Positions 30,255-40,030 of a DNA stretch of 64,000 bases are shown here, piece after piece. Both the position numbers and the translations under genes were made by a program. The DNA comes from an uncultured Acidobacteriota bacterium (GTDB taxonomy: Bacteria; Acidobacteriota; Blastocatellia; RBC074): assembly GCA_963796275.1 (NCBI GenBank), contig CAWCKY010000003.1, forward strand, positions 1,472,001 to 1,536,000, given 5' to 3'. Within the stretch, counting starts at the first letter, position 1, and each line of letters opens with the position of its first letter. Below the pieces are notes generated by a model, which did no database searches, was not told where the DNA came from, and saw only the letters and a list, made by a program, of their open reading frames with translations.

Positions 30255-32912
30255 ATGAACTTAAGTCCCAAATCACTAATTGCCAGGCTCAACGACACCT
30301 GCCGTATCGCTCTTGAAGGCGCGGCAGCCTTGTGCCTCTCGCGCACGAACTATGATGTCGAGCCCGAGCATTATCTGCTCAAGCTGATCGAAGGCGCTGA
30401 CACAGATATGGCGCGCATCCTGCGTCACTTTCAGATCAATACATCGCGACTGAACAGAGACCTCACGCGCGCGCTCGATCAGCTTAAGACCGGCAACGCG
30501 CGGACGCCGGCGTTATCACCGCGGTTGCCGCAATGGGTCCAGGAGGCCTGGATGCTTGCTTCGATTGAGTGCGGCGAATCGAAGATGCGTTCAGGCCACC
30601 TGGCCCTTGCTTTGATGAGCAATGATTATCTGTCGCGGCTGGCATCGGAAATCTCAGGCGAGTTCAACCGCATTCAGGGCGGGTCGCTCAGAGAGCTACT
30701 CGCCGAGATAACTGCTGGTTCCGTGGAAGCGAGAGAGGCGCTTAGTCTCGGCGATCATCGAGATCTCTCAATTGATGGTTGGTCGTCACGCGTCTCCGGC
30801 CCAACCGAATCGCTCGATCAATATACGGTCGATCTTACCGCCCGCGCACGCGAGGGCCGGATCGATCCCGTGCTCGGGCGCGATTTCGAGATTCGGCAGG
30901 TAGTGGATATTCTCACTCGCCGCCGCCAGAACAATCCCATTCTCACCGGTGAAGCGGGCGTCGGAAAGACCGCCGTGGTCGAAGGCTTCGCGATCCGCAT
31001 TGCCGAGGGGGATGTGCCCGAACCGCTCAGGAATGTTTCCCTGCGAACGCTCGATCTGGGCCTGTTGCAGGCGGGCGCGGGAATCAAAGGTGAGTTCGAG
31101 AATCGTTTAAAATCGGTAATAGAAGAAGTCAAGGGCTCGCCGCAACCGATCATCCTCTTCATCGATGAAGCCCATACAATGATCGGCGCGGGCGGGCAGG
31201 CTGGGCAGAGCGACGCCGCGAACCTGCTCAAGCCGGCACTCGCACGTGGCGAACTGCGAACCATTGCGGCTACCACCTGGGCTGAATATAAAAAATATTT
31301 CGAAAAGGACGCGGCCCTCGCCCGTCGATTCCAGGTGGTCAAAGTCGAAGAGCCGACCGAGGGGCAGGCCATTGTCATGATGCGCGGGCTGACGGCGATC
31401 TTAGAGAAGCATCACCAGGTCAGGATATTGGACGAAGCCGTTGCCGACGCCGTCAAGCTCTCGCACCGCTATATCTCAGGCCGCCAGTTGCCCGATAAAT
31501 CGGTGAGCGTGCTCGACACTGCCTGCGCCAGGGTCGCCCTCGGGCAGGGCGCGACTCCGCCGGCGATAGAAGATGCGACTCGCCGAGTCGCGCAATACAA
31601 CGTCGAGAGCCATGCGCTCGAACGCGAGGCAGCTACCGGCGTCGATCACGCCGCCAGAATAGCGGGGCTGAGTGCGGCAAGAAACAGCGACGAAGGGCGG
31701 CTGGCGCGGCTCAATGGACAATGGGAGAGGGAACGCGAGCTGATCGGCCAAATTCGGGCCATTCGGATAAAGCTCGAATCGCTCGCTGTCGAGAAACCGG
31801 ATTTCACCAATAATGGTGAGGCCTCATTGCGCGTAGAACTGGCTCAATTGAACGATGAACTACAACAGGTGCAGGGCGAGACACCTTTAATGCAGCCGTT
31901 CGTCACCTCTCAAACGATCGCTGAAGTGATCTCAGGCTGGACGGGAATCCCCATCGGCAAAATGCTGGCCGATGATATCAGTACTGTATTGCAATTGAAG
32001 GATCGGCTGGCGCGCCGCATCATCGGACAGGATCACGCGCTCGAGGCCATCAGCCTGCGTATCCGCACGTCGCGCGCCAACCTGACCGATCCGCGACGTC
32101 CCGCAGGCGTTTTCCTGCTCATCGGCCCCAGCGGCGTCGGCAAGACCGAAACGGCATTGGCCCTTGCCGATGTGCTGTACGGGGGCGAACGCAATCTGGT
32201 GGCGATAAATATGAGCGAGTATCAGGAAGCGCACACGGTCTCGTCGCTCAAAGGTTCCCCTCCCGGCTATGTCGGTTACGGCGAGGGGGGCGTGCTCACA
32301 GAAGCCGTACGGCGGAAGCCCTATTCGGTAATCCTGCTCGATGAAGTGGAAAAGGCGCACCCTGACGTATTGGAGCTCTTCTATCAGGTATTCGACAAGG
32401 GCGTTCTGGAAGATAGCGAAGGGCGCGAGATCGATTTCAAAAACACGGTCATCCTGCTCACGTCGAATGTCGGACTGGAGATCACTCACCTGCTCTGCGC
32501 CGATTCCGAAACAATGCCGGAGCCCGATGATCTGTTGGATTCGCTCCGCCCTGCGCTGCTCAAGGTATTCAAACCGGCGTTGTTAGGGCGCATGACCGTT
32601 GTACCGTATTACCCGATCGGCGATCAGGCGATGTGCGAAATTATCAAATTGCAACTCGACCGCATTGGCGCCCGGTTGGCAGAGAACCACGGCGCCCAAT
32701 TCGGTTATGACGAGGGAGTGGAGACGGAAATCTTCGACCGCTGCCGAGAAGTCGAGAGCGGCGCACGCAATGTCGATCACATTTTGACGAGAACGTTGTT
32801 GCCGGAGATGTCAGGAGAGTTTCTAGCCAGTATGGCGGAAGGAAAGAAGATTTCTCGTGTGCATATCGGTGTGAACGATGAGGGCAGCTTCAATTACGAG
32901 ATTTTTTCTTGA
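30255..32912 (+). CDS. clpV: T6SS ATPase TssH (ClpV)
   Basis: Two AAA+ modules (GEAGVGKT, GPSGVGKT), RRRQNNPILT, LQAGAGIKGEFENRL, ESGARNVD; ATG 30255. Confidence 0.96.
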   Translation: MNLSPKSLIARLNDTCRIALEGAAALCLSRTNYDVEPEHYLLKLIEGADTDMARILRHFQINTSRLNRDLTRALDQLKTGNARTPALSPRLPQWVQEAWMLASIECGESKMRSGHLALALMSNDYLSRLASEISGEFNRIQGGSLRELLAEITAGSVEAREALSLGDHRDLSIDGWSSRVSGPTESLDQYTVDLTARAREGRIDPVLGRDFEIRQVVDILTRRRQNNPILTGEAGVGKTAVVEGFAIRIAEGDVPEPLRNVSLRTLDLGLLQAGAGIKGEFENRLKSVIEEVKGSPQPIILFIDEAHTMIGAGGQAGQSDAANLLKPALARGELRTIAATTWAEYKKYFEKDAALARRFQVVKVEEPTEGQAIVMMRGLTAILEKHHQVRILDEAVADAVKLSHRYISGRQLPDKSVSVLDTACARVALGQGATPPAIEDATRRVAQYNVESHALEREAATGVDHAARIAGLSAARNSDEGRLARLNGQWERERELIGQIRAIRIKLESLAVEKPDFTNNGEASLRVELAQLNDELQQVQGETPLMQPFVTSQTIAEVISGWTGIPIGKMLADDISTVLQLKDRLARRIIGQDHALEAISLRIRTSRANLTDPRRPAGVFLLIGPSGVGKTETALALADVLYGGERNLVAINMSEYQEAHTVSSLKGSPPGYVGYGEGGVLTEAVRRKPYSVILLDEVEKAHPDVLELFYQVFDKGVLEDSEGREIDFKNTVILLTSNVGLEITHLLCADSETMPEPDDLLDSLRPALLKVFKPALLGRMTVVPYYPIGDQAMCEIIKLQLDRIGARLAENHGAQFGYDEGVETEIFDRCREVESGARNVDHILTRTLLPEMSGEFLASMAEGKKISRVHIGVNDEGSFNYEIFS

Positions 32913-32928
32913 GGTAACTCGCAAGATT

Positions 32929-33017
32929 TCACCAGGCGATGCAGAGAGAACGCAGATGACGAAGTTGACGCGGATAACCGAACCCTCCGTTAAATCTCGG
33001 CGGTTCCTCCGTGGTGA
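32929..33017. repeat. Degenerate palindromic intergenic repeat
   Basis: TCACCAGGCGATGCAGAGAGAACGCAGA ... TCTCGGCGGTTCCTCCGTGGTGA. Confidence 0.55.
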
Positions 33018-33098
33018 TCTGGTTATGTTATCCGTGATTTTAGAAACCACTATAACGAACACTCATCTGGGCACCGCCCCAAAGGCTTCAATTTAGCT

Positions 33099-35240
33099 AT
33101 GAGGATGATGGCGAAAAAAGAGAGGGGAAGTAATGTGATGAAAGGCAGATTCACCCGAGGGATATCCGCAATTGCCGCAGCATTGTTGATCGCCGTCGTA
33201 TTGTCATCGCTGCATGCGCAAGCCCAGCCCGCCGGCAGCGGGGGCTCCGCGCCGTCCGATGATAAATATCAGCGTCCCGCTATCACGCCTGCCCGCCCTA
33301 ATTCCACTGCTCGCCAGCTCGAAATCAAAGAATTACGCATCGGCGGCGCACTCGACGGGCGCGGCAAACTCTGGGCCGTCGTGATCGGCGTCTCGACTTA
33401 CAAGAACCTCGGCCCCAATGATCAACTCGAATTCGCCCATCGCGATGCATCAGACTTCGCGGATTTTCTCCGCAGCCCGAACGGCGGCTTCCCCTCCAAC
33501 CAGCTCATTCTCCTGACCAATCAGACGGCGACTATTTCGGCGATGCGCAGCGCGCTCGGGACAACTCTGCCCCGTTCGGTCGAGCCCGATGATATGGTCA
33601 TCATCTTCTTCGCTGGTCATGGCGTGGTCGAAGGTGAGGGCGACGGATACCTGTTGGCCCACGATTCCGACCCGCAGAACCTCTACGCCACGGCATTGCA
33701 ACTCTCCGAACTCAATCGCATCGTCACGGAGCGGGTGAAAGCACGCTCTGTCATCCTGATCACCGACGCGTGTCATTCCGGGCGCCTGGGATGGGCCCCG
33801 CGCGGCGCAGGCGAATCGGCTATGCTCGTCAATCGCTACCTGGACGAAATTGACAGAAGCGGCAAGGGAATATTCCGTCTGCTCGCCTCCCGCGCCGATC
33901 AATTGAGTTATGAGGACAAACGCCTCGGAGGCGGCCATGGAGTCTTCACCTGGTTCCTGCTAGAAGCGCTGAGAGGCAAGGGAGACGCCGACGCGGACGG
34001 GATCGTCCGTGTGGGCGAAGTGATCGATTATCTATCGGAGACTGTGCCGAAAGCTACGCAATCGCTCCAGCACCCGCGAGCTGCGGGCGACATCGATACG
34101 CGGCTGCCGCTCTCGGTGCTTCCCGCCCGCGCACCGAAGATCAGCGAAAACGTCTCCTCGCCTGAGCAGACGGTCACGCTCGTAGTGCGAGGCGCGCCCG
34201 GTATTGAAATTTATCTCGACCAAATTTTTCGCGGCCACATTCTGCCCAGCGGCGTCTTGTTAATCGAACAACTCAAACCGGGTGACTACGATCTCTCGAT
34301 TCTCGCGCAGAATGTCGATCCAATTTCTCAGCGACTTTCGCTGGGCGCCGGGAAAACAACTCTGAATGTGAAGGTGGGGAGTCACATATCTCCAATCGCT
34401 ACACAGATCAAACTAGCTCTCAAGGGCGGCAATGTTCACAGCGCATACGATCTCTATCAAAAAATGATCAAGCAATCGCCGGGAGACCCGCAACGCGCTT
34501 CGATCGAAACGGCGCTAAGCAGCGCTCTTGAATCGATCGGGCAGAAGGCGATAAATGCCTACGTGCAGTCATTTGGCGCGGAACTCCAACGCGGAATGTT
34601 TCATCGGGCTGCCGAGGCGTACCGTTTTCTGAAGAGCATTCAACCGGATGTAGCCTGGGATATCGAGGCGAAGCACCGATTCTGCGAGGGCCGGGCAATG
34701 ATCGAGGACTTACGGTTTGAGGCAGCAGTCACACAGCTCAACCGAGCCGTGACCCTCGATCCGCGGGCAGCCTATGCTCACCACGCACTAGGACTGGCGT
34801 ATCGGGGATTAAATGAAAACGATCGGGCACTCGCGTCGTTAAGGCGCGCAGTCGAACTTTCCCCCGCCTGGGCTTTACCACAGCTACAAATCGGCGCGAT
34901 CTATCTTGAGCGGGGAAAGACCGGCAAAGCCGAAGAAGCATTGAGCGAAGCGGCGCATCGTGACCCGGTCAATTATGTGCCTCACGAACAACTGGCGCAT
35001 CTTTATCTTAAGGCGGGGAAGTACAAGGAGGCAGGACAAGAAGCCGACGTGGCGATCAAACTGGGGTCGAATTCAGGCGTCTCTCACATGGTGCTGGGGA
35101 TGGTTTACGAGAAGAAGGAGGCCTGGACGCTTGCGGCTGACGCTTATGAGCATGGCTTGAAGCTCATCTCCGGGCTCACCGAGGATGATCGCAAGGAATA
35201 TATAGAAAGGCTGAAGAAGTGCCGGAAAAAAGCGAAATGA
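33099..35240 (+). CDS. Exported caspase-family (peptidase C14) protease with PEGA-like and TPR domains
   Basis: Signal peptide (AQA); WAVVIGVSTY, FFAGHG (His), ITDACHSG (Cys), GGGHGVFT, EF-hand-like DADADGIV; TPRs in C-terminal third; start may be 33138. Confidence 0.9.
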   Translation: MRMMAKKERGSNVMKGRFTRGISAIAAALLIAVVLSSLHAQAQPAGSGGSAPSDDKYQRPAITPARPNSTARQLEIKELRIGGALDGRGKLWAVVIGVSTYKNLGPNDQLEFAHRDASDFADFLRSPNGGFPSNQLILLTNQTATISAMRSALGTTLPRSVEPDDMVIIFFAGHGVVEGEGDGYLLAHDSDPQNLYATALQLSELNRIVTERVKARSVILITDACHSGRLGWAPRGAGESAMLVNRYLDEIDRSGKGIFRLLASRADQLSYEDKRLGGGHGVFTWFLLEALRGKGDADADGIVRVGEVIDYLSETVPKATQSLQHPRAAGDIDTRLPLSVLPARAPKISENVSSPEQTVTLVVRGAPGIEIYLDQIFRGHILPSGVLLIEQLKPGDYDLSILAQNVDPISQRLSLGAGKTTLNVKVGSHISPIATQIKLALKGGNVHSAYDLYQKMIKQSPGDPQRASIETALSSALESIGQKAINAYVQSFGAELQRGMFHRAAEAYRFLKSIQPDVAWDIEAKHRFCEGRAMIEDLRFEAAVTQLNRAVTLDPRAAYAHHALGLAYRGLNENDRALASLRRAVELSPAWALPQLQIGAIYLERGKTGKAEEALSEAAHRDPVNYVPHEQLAHLYLKAGKYKEAGQEADVAIKLGSNSGVSHMVLGMVYEKKEAWTLAADAYEHGLKLISGLTEDDRKEYIERLKKCRKKAK

Positions 35241-35384
35241 TGCGCCTGGGCAACACGGCGGGTATTACACCTGGCAATCGGACGTATCGTCAAATATGAA
35301 TCCATTACGGGCTTTTTCGAGATTATAGCTGAAAGGCCTGATGATTGATTCGAGAGGCGAACCATAAGAGATAAATAGGAACCA

Positions 35385-37481
35385 ATGGGCGAATACAGAC
35401 AAGACAATCGGTTTATCCAGGTCTTCACACCGCTCGGTGAAGACGTGCTATTACTCGAGGGCTTTCATGGGCAGGAAGGGGTCTCCCGGCTCTTCAATTT
35501 CGAATTGCGGATGCATTCGGAGAAGATGGGCCTCTCGTTTAATGATGTCGTGGGCAAAACTACGACGATCAAAATGCTGTTACCGAAACATGGCGAACGA
35601 TACATAAACGGAATTGTGAGTTCGTTCATGCAAGGCGGAACCTGGTCGTTAAAGGACGGCCGGCATCCCACGATCTTGGCGAGCTACAACGCTACGCTGG
35701 TGCCGTGGTTATGGGTGCTGACGCGTACGGGCGATTGCCGGATATTTCAGAACAAGTCGGTCCCCGAAATCCTTAGTCAAATCTTCAAAGAGCACGGTTT
35801 TTCAGATTTTATATTCCGGCTGAAACTTAGCGATTACGAGAAACGCGAGTACTGCGTGCAGTACCGCGAGACAGATTTCAACTTCGTTTCGCGCTTAATG
35901 GAGGAAGAAGGGATTTTCTATTTCTTCGAGCACTTTGAGAAGAAACACGTGCTGGTGTTGGCCGACAAAAATATTGAATTCAAGCAGTCCCCTCTGCTTC
36001 CCTCGATCAGCTATAACTCGATCATTGGCCATGGAGAAGAGGGCAAGATCAAGGAGTGGAGCGCAAGCCAGGAAGTTCGTCCGGGGCAATATACCGTAAC
36101 CGATTTCAACTTCAAGCAGCCTTCGTTCGATTTGACGCATAGTGTTAAAGGCAAGGACGTACGAAAGCTAGAGGTCTTCGATTACCCCGGCGAATACACC
36201 GAGACAAAACGAGGCGAGCGATTGGCGGCCATCCGCATGGAGGAAGAGCAATCGTCGATGGTAGCCATCAACGGCGCCAGTAATAGTCGCGGATTGTCGG
36301 CTGGATATCAGTTCGAACTATGCGATCATTATCGGCCCGATTTCAATCAGCTCTATGTGGTGATATCGGCCTATCATTCGGCGGAGCACGGGATGAACTA
36401 CCGCAGCACCTGCGAAGCGGCGGCAGCAGATTTCGTTTACTCGAATGAGTTTCGATGCATCCAGTATGGGACGCAATACCGGCCGCCGCGCGTAACGCCT
36501 ATACCGATCGTTCACGGAACGCAGACAGCTATAGTGGTCGGTCCCCCTAACGAAGAGATCTATGTGGATAATTATGGCCGTGTGAAGGTGCAGTTTCACT
36601 GGGACCGGGAAGGCCAATACAACAAGGACAGTTCCTGCTGGGTGCGCGTCTCGCAGAATTGGGCTGGAAAACGGTGGGGGGCGATCTTTCTCCCGCGGAT
36701 CGGCCAGGAAGTGATCGTCGATTTCCTCGAGGGCGATCCCGACAAGCCGATCATTACGGGCCGGGTTTATAACGGCGAATCGATGCCTCCGTACGATCTG
36801 ACCGAGAACGAATATAAGACGATGAGCGCGATAAAGAGTCATTCGTCAAAAGGAGGTGGCGGATTCAACGAAATCCGCTTTCAAGACCTGAAGGGGAGAG
36901 AACAGCTCTTCTTTCACGCTGAGCGGAATCAGGACGTGCGCACCAGGCATGACAAGATAGAATGGATAGGCAACGAGAGCCATCTGATCGTTAAGAAAGA
37001 TCAGCTCGAAAAGGTAGAGGGCGACAAGCACCTCCACGTCGGGGGCGACCGCAATGAAAGAGTTGGTGGTACCGTTTCGCTACAAGCGGGCGGTGAAATC
37101 TTTCGCAAAACGGGAACGAGATACGCATTGGATGCGGGGAACGAGATTCACCTCAAATCAGGAACGAACCTGATTATTGAATCGGGCACAAGACTCACGC
37201 TCAAAGTCGGAAACAACTTCATCAATTTCAATTCAGACGGCATCGACATTCACGGGACGAAGGTCAATATCAATAGCGGCGGTAATGCGGACATCGGGGC
37301 CGGATCATCGCCCGAAGTACCGAAGACCCCGAGGGAAGCAGATCGCGCCGATCCGGGCGCCAAACCTCAGAAGCCTCCAGCGAAGAAACCCATTAAACCG
37401 GAGCAGTACAGTCCCGGCGCATTGGTCTTGAAAGAGGCGGCGGAGAACGGCACGCCTTTTTGTGAAAAATGCACGCAGTAG
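35385..37481 (+). CDS. vgrG: T6SS spike protein VgrG (TssI), no effector extension
   Basis: REYCVQYRETDFNFVSRLMEEEGI, DYPG, GTQTAIVVGP, GRVKVQFHWDR, PRIGQEVIVDFLEGDPDKP. Confidence 0.96.
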   Translation: MGEYRQDNRFIQVFTPLGEDVLLLEGFHGQEGVSRLFNFELRMHSEKMGLSFNDVVGKTTTIKMLLPKHGERYINGIVSSFMQGGTWSLKDGRHPTILASYNATLVPWLWVLTRTGDCRIFQNKSVPEILSQIFKEHGFSDFIFRLKLSDYEKREYCVQYRETDFNFVSRLMEEEGIFYFFEHFEKKHVLVLADKNIEFKQSPLLPSISYNSIIGHGEEGKIKEWSASQEVRPGQYTVTDFNFKQPSFDLTHSVKGKDVRKLEVFDYPGEYTETKRGERLAAIRMEEEQSSMVAINGASNSRGLSAGYQFELCDHYRPDFNQLYVVISAYHSAEHGMNYRSTCEAAAADFVYSNEFRCIQYGTQYRPPRVTPIPIVHGTQTAIVVGPPNEEIYVDNYGRVKVQFHWDREGQYNKDSSCWVRVSQNWAGKRWGAIFLPRIGQEVIVDFLEGDPDKPIITGRVYNGESMPPYDLTENEYKTMSAIKSHSSKGGGGFNEIRFQDLKGREQLFFHAERNQDVRTRHDKIEWIGNESHLIVKKDQLEKVEGDKHLHVGGDRNERVGGTVSLQAGGEIFRKTGTRYALDAGNEIHLKSGTNLIIESGTRLTLKVGNNFINFNSDGIDIHGTKVNINSGGNADIGAGSSPEVPKTPREADRADPGAKPQKPPAKKPIKPEQYSPGALVLKEAAENGTPFCEKCTQ

Positions 37482-37517
37482 AACCCAGGCTCTGACGTTG
37501 GAAATAAATTTGCTTCT

Positions 37518-38057
37518 ATGATTAACACGAAAATCCACGATGCCATAAAGGCTGCTATCTTCGAAGAACACGCGAATTTTGTGTACGCCGTATTGGATGG
37601 CGCCTCGATACCCGATTTGCTCCACCATCTATACGAGCAGCAGCCCGAGCACGTCTGCCTTTATCGCGGAGAAATGGAGCCCGACATCGCGGAGACCGCG
37701 CCATATCTGGTCAATCTCGAACGTGAAACGGCTTTCAGCGACTGGATAATCGAAAAGGGCTGGGGGAATCATTGGGGCATCTATGCACTGAGTGATGAGA
37801 CCATGACCGTGCTGCGCAACCATTTTCGCAGATTCCTTATCGTCAACGATCCGGAGAATAAGCCGCTCTATTTTCGCTACTACGATCCGCGTGTCTTGCG
37901 CAAGTACCTGCCTACTTGTGGTGCAAAAGATCTGGCCACCATCTTCGGTCCGGTCACGAGTTATTATCTGGAAAGCGAATACCCGAAAAGTGCCTCGCGC
38001 TTCCGGATGGAAGCCGGCTCTCTGTTTCGGGACGAGATGGCGATTGCAGAAACTTAG
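37518..38057 (+). CDS. DUF4123 T6SS effector chaperone/adaptor
   Basis: YAVLDGA, CLYRG, APYLV, WG, HFRRFL, YFRYYDPRVL; directly after vgrG. Confidence 0.92.
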   Translation: MINTKIHDAIKAAIFEEHANFVYAVLDGASIPDLLHHLYEQQPEHVCLYRGEMEPDIAETAPYLVNLERETAFSDWIIEKGWGNHWGIYALSDETMTVLRNHFRRFLIVNDPENKPLYFRYYDPRVLRKYLPTCGAKDLATIFGPVTSYYLESEYPKSASRFRMEAGSLFRDEMAIAET

Positions 38058-38101
38058 ATAAGATATGATTAACAGCTAAAGATCTGACGACGTCCCTTCT
38101 C

Positions 38102-39724
38102 TCAGTTTTTCGCCTGATGCGCATACACCACCAACTCGACGCCTGGCCTCAGCGTAAATGCTCGATCGATGAGACGCCACCCGGGTTGCCCGTCAAGTAA
38201 ATGCTGCTGGTTGACTGATGCGATGACGAGAGGTTCGGAGGTTTCGAATGCCTGGCCGGGTGATAAGTTTAAACTGCCTCTATAGTCGAGCGTATAATCG
38301 CGCAGGTACCAGGGAAGCGGCCAGTAATCTTGTGAGGGGATGGCGACATAGATTCTGGTCGCACCGCCCGACTTCAGCCTCTCGCTTTCAATCTTGATCG
38401 CGTCCACGAGGTTCAGTGTGTCACGTACGGTCTGCGCATAAACATAACCATATTGTCCGACGACGTAAGGTTTGAGTTTCATCGCCTTACCCAATCCGCT
38501 GAAATAGCCGGCGGGGTTGCTGTTATTGTCATAGTTTACGAAGTTGACCGTCCACGCGACCCTCCAGCAGACGATCAGGCTTATGATGACAAATGCGGCG
38601 CATACTATCCTCGACGATAACGAAGTGAGTTGCAGGTAAATCTCTTGTGCCGCATACCCGCTGAAGATCGCCATAGGAATCAGAAAACTAACCATAAGCC
38701 AGGGCGTTTTGTATGGGATGACCGAATACGCCAGGAACCCTCCCAGCGTCCAGGCCGCTACAAAGAGCCAGAATCTCGTCCCTCGCGTGACGACGAAGAC
38801 CCCTCCCAGGAGGGAACCGATTAAGAGGGGAATCTCGAACTTAACCATAATGCCGATGTAGTAGTAGAAAGGATAAACGTGATCTTTGTTGCTGCGTTCG
38901 CTCGTCCAGTGCCAGATGGAACGGAAGAAATCGATCACTCCCTCCCAGTGAGTAAAGATCGAGGAGTAGAAAAAAATGTATATGAAAGCGAATATAACCA
39001 GCACTGCCAGAGACTGGTCCGCCGTAGGACGCGCCGCGGCAATGTCGCCTTTCAGTTCTTTTACGAGCGCGGCGATGTTGAATCGATCCTCACTAATCAG
39101 CTTGCGTGCAATCACCCATATCGAAGCGCATATTATCGAGAGGATAAGCACGGTGGAATTGATGATTGCCGTTTCTTTGGTCGTGAAAAGTAGCGCGGCG
39201 GAGACTGACATGAGCACGAGCCAGATGAATTTCCTGGTCTCGATATACCGCAGTGCTCCGATAACTATACCGAGCGTGAAGCAACCGAACGACATCTCGT
39301 GAATGAAGTCGCGGGAATAATAGATAAGACCGGGAGAGAGCGCCATGCAGAAGGCCGCCACAGCTGTACCGACTTTACCCAGGTGATGACGCAGCAACCA
39401 GAGCATTGTCACGGTCAACACGCCGAAGATTGCGGGCCAGAATCTAAGCGCGAATGCCTCTTCGCCAAAGATACGCAACGTGATAAGCGCCAGGTAATAT
39501 AAGGTCGGCCCATGATAGTTGGTCGGGTCATACCTGTAATCGCCGTTTGTCGCGAGATTGTCCAAAAACCAGTAGTTGACGCCCTCGTCGTGATGAAAAG
39601 GCTTGATATCTATCAGGTGGAAGCGGAACCAGATGGCGACGATGATCGCTACGGCTATCATTCCTGCAGTGAGAAGTTTTTCTCTTCTCGTCTCAAACGG
39701 TTGCGTTACTTTATCTTCGATCAT
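38102..39724 (-). CDS. GT-C fold membrane glycosyltransferase-like protein (TIGR03663/Agl23-like, PMT_2)
   Basis: KPFHHDEGVN, YRYDPTNYHGP, YYSRDFIHE, TKE, YKTPW, YWPLPWYLR; many TMs. Confidence 0.8.
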   Translation of the reverse strand: MIEDKVTQPFETRREKLLTAGMIAVAIIVAIWFRFHLIDIKPFHHDEGVNYWFLDNLATNGDYRYDPTNYHGPTLYYLALITLRIFGEEAFALRFWPAIFGVLTVTMLWLLRHHLGKVGTAVAAFCMALSPGLIYYSRDFIHEMSFGCFTLGIVIGALRYIETRKFIWLVLMSVSAALLFTTKETAIINSTVLILSIICASIWVIARKLISEDRFNIAALVKELKGDIAAARPTADQSLAVLVIFAFIYIFFYSSIFTHWEGVIDFFRSIWHWTSERSNKDHVYPFYYYIGIMVKFEIPLLIGSLLGGVFVVTRGTRFWLFVAAWTLGGFLAYSVIPYKTPWLMVSFLIPMAIFSGYAAQEIYLQLTSLSSRIVCAAFVIISLIVCWRVAWTVNFVNYDNNSNPAGYFSGLGKAMKLKPYVVGQYGYVYAQTVRDTLNLVDAIKIESERLKSGGATRIYVAIPSQDYWPLPWYLRDYTLDYRGSLNLSPGQAFETSEPLVIASVNQQHLLDGQPGWRLIDRAFTLRPGVELVVYAHQAKN

Positions 39725-40030
39725 AACAGTCTGTAAATATTTGGTAATTGATAATCATAGTTAGTTAGTAGGGGATTGTGCAAATCAGTGCCCGATGCGC
39801 ACGAAAATTTCGGCAGCTATTAAGGAGCGCCATCCCCGCATTCAGAAGACAATTTGCACAGGACTCGGTTTATAGCTCATAGGAAATAGCTAATTGTAAA
39901 TCAAGCCAGACAGCATCGGGACACATTGCCGGTGCAGTATGTGGATTGTAAAGAATCAAGGCAGGTCGCTTACGCTTCCCCGTATTTTCACCCTGGATAA
40001 TATTAACTATCCACTATCAATTATCACAAT

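Noticed and set aside
33099-35240. Caspase as a T6SS cargo toxin with immunity gene
   Set aside because: It has a signal peptide, lies upstream of vgrG/DUF4123 and has no adjacent small immunity ORF; not excluded but unsupported
23716-37481. Prophage tail or extracellular contractile injection system
   Set aside because: TssK, TssL, TssM, TssA and ClpV identify a membrane-anchored T6SS; no capsid, terminase, integrase or tape-measure gene
38102-39724. Glycosyltransferase as part of the T6SS system
   Set aside because: Convergent orientation and no sequence evidence of linkage beyond adjacency
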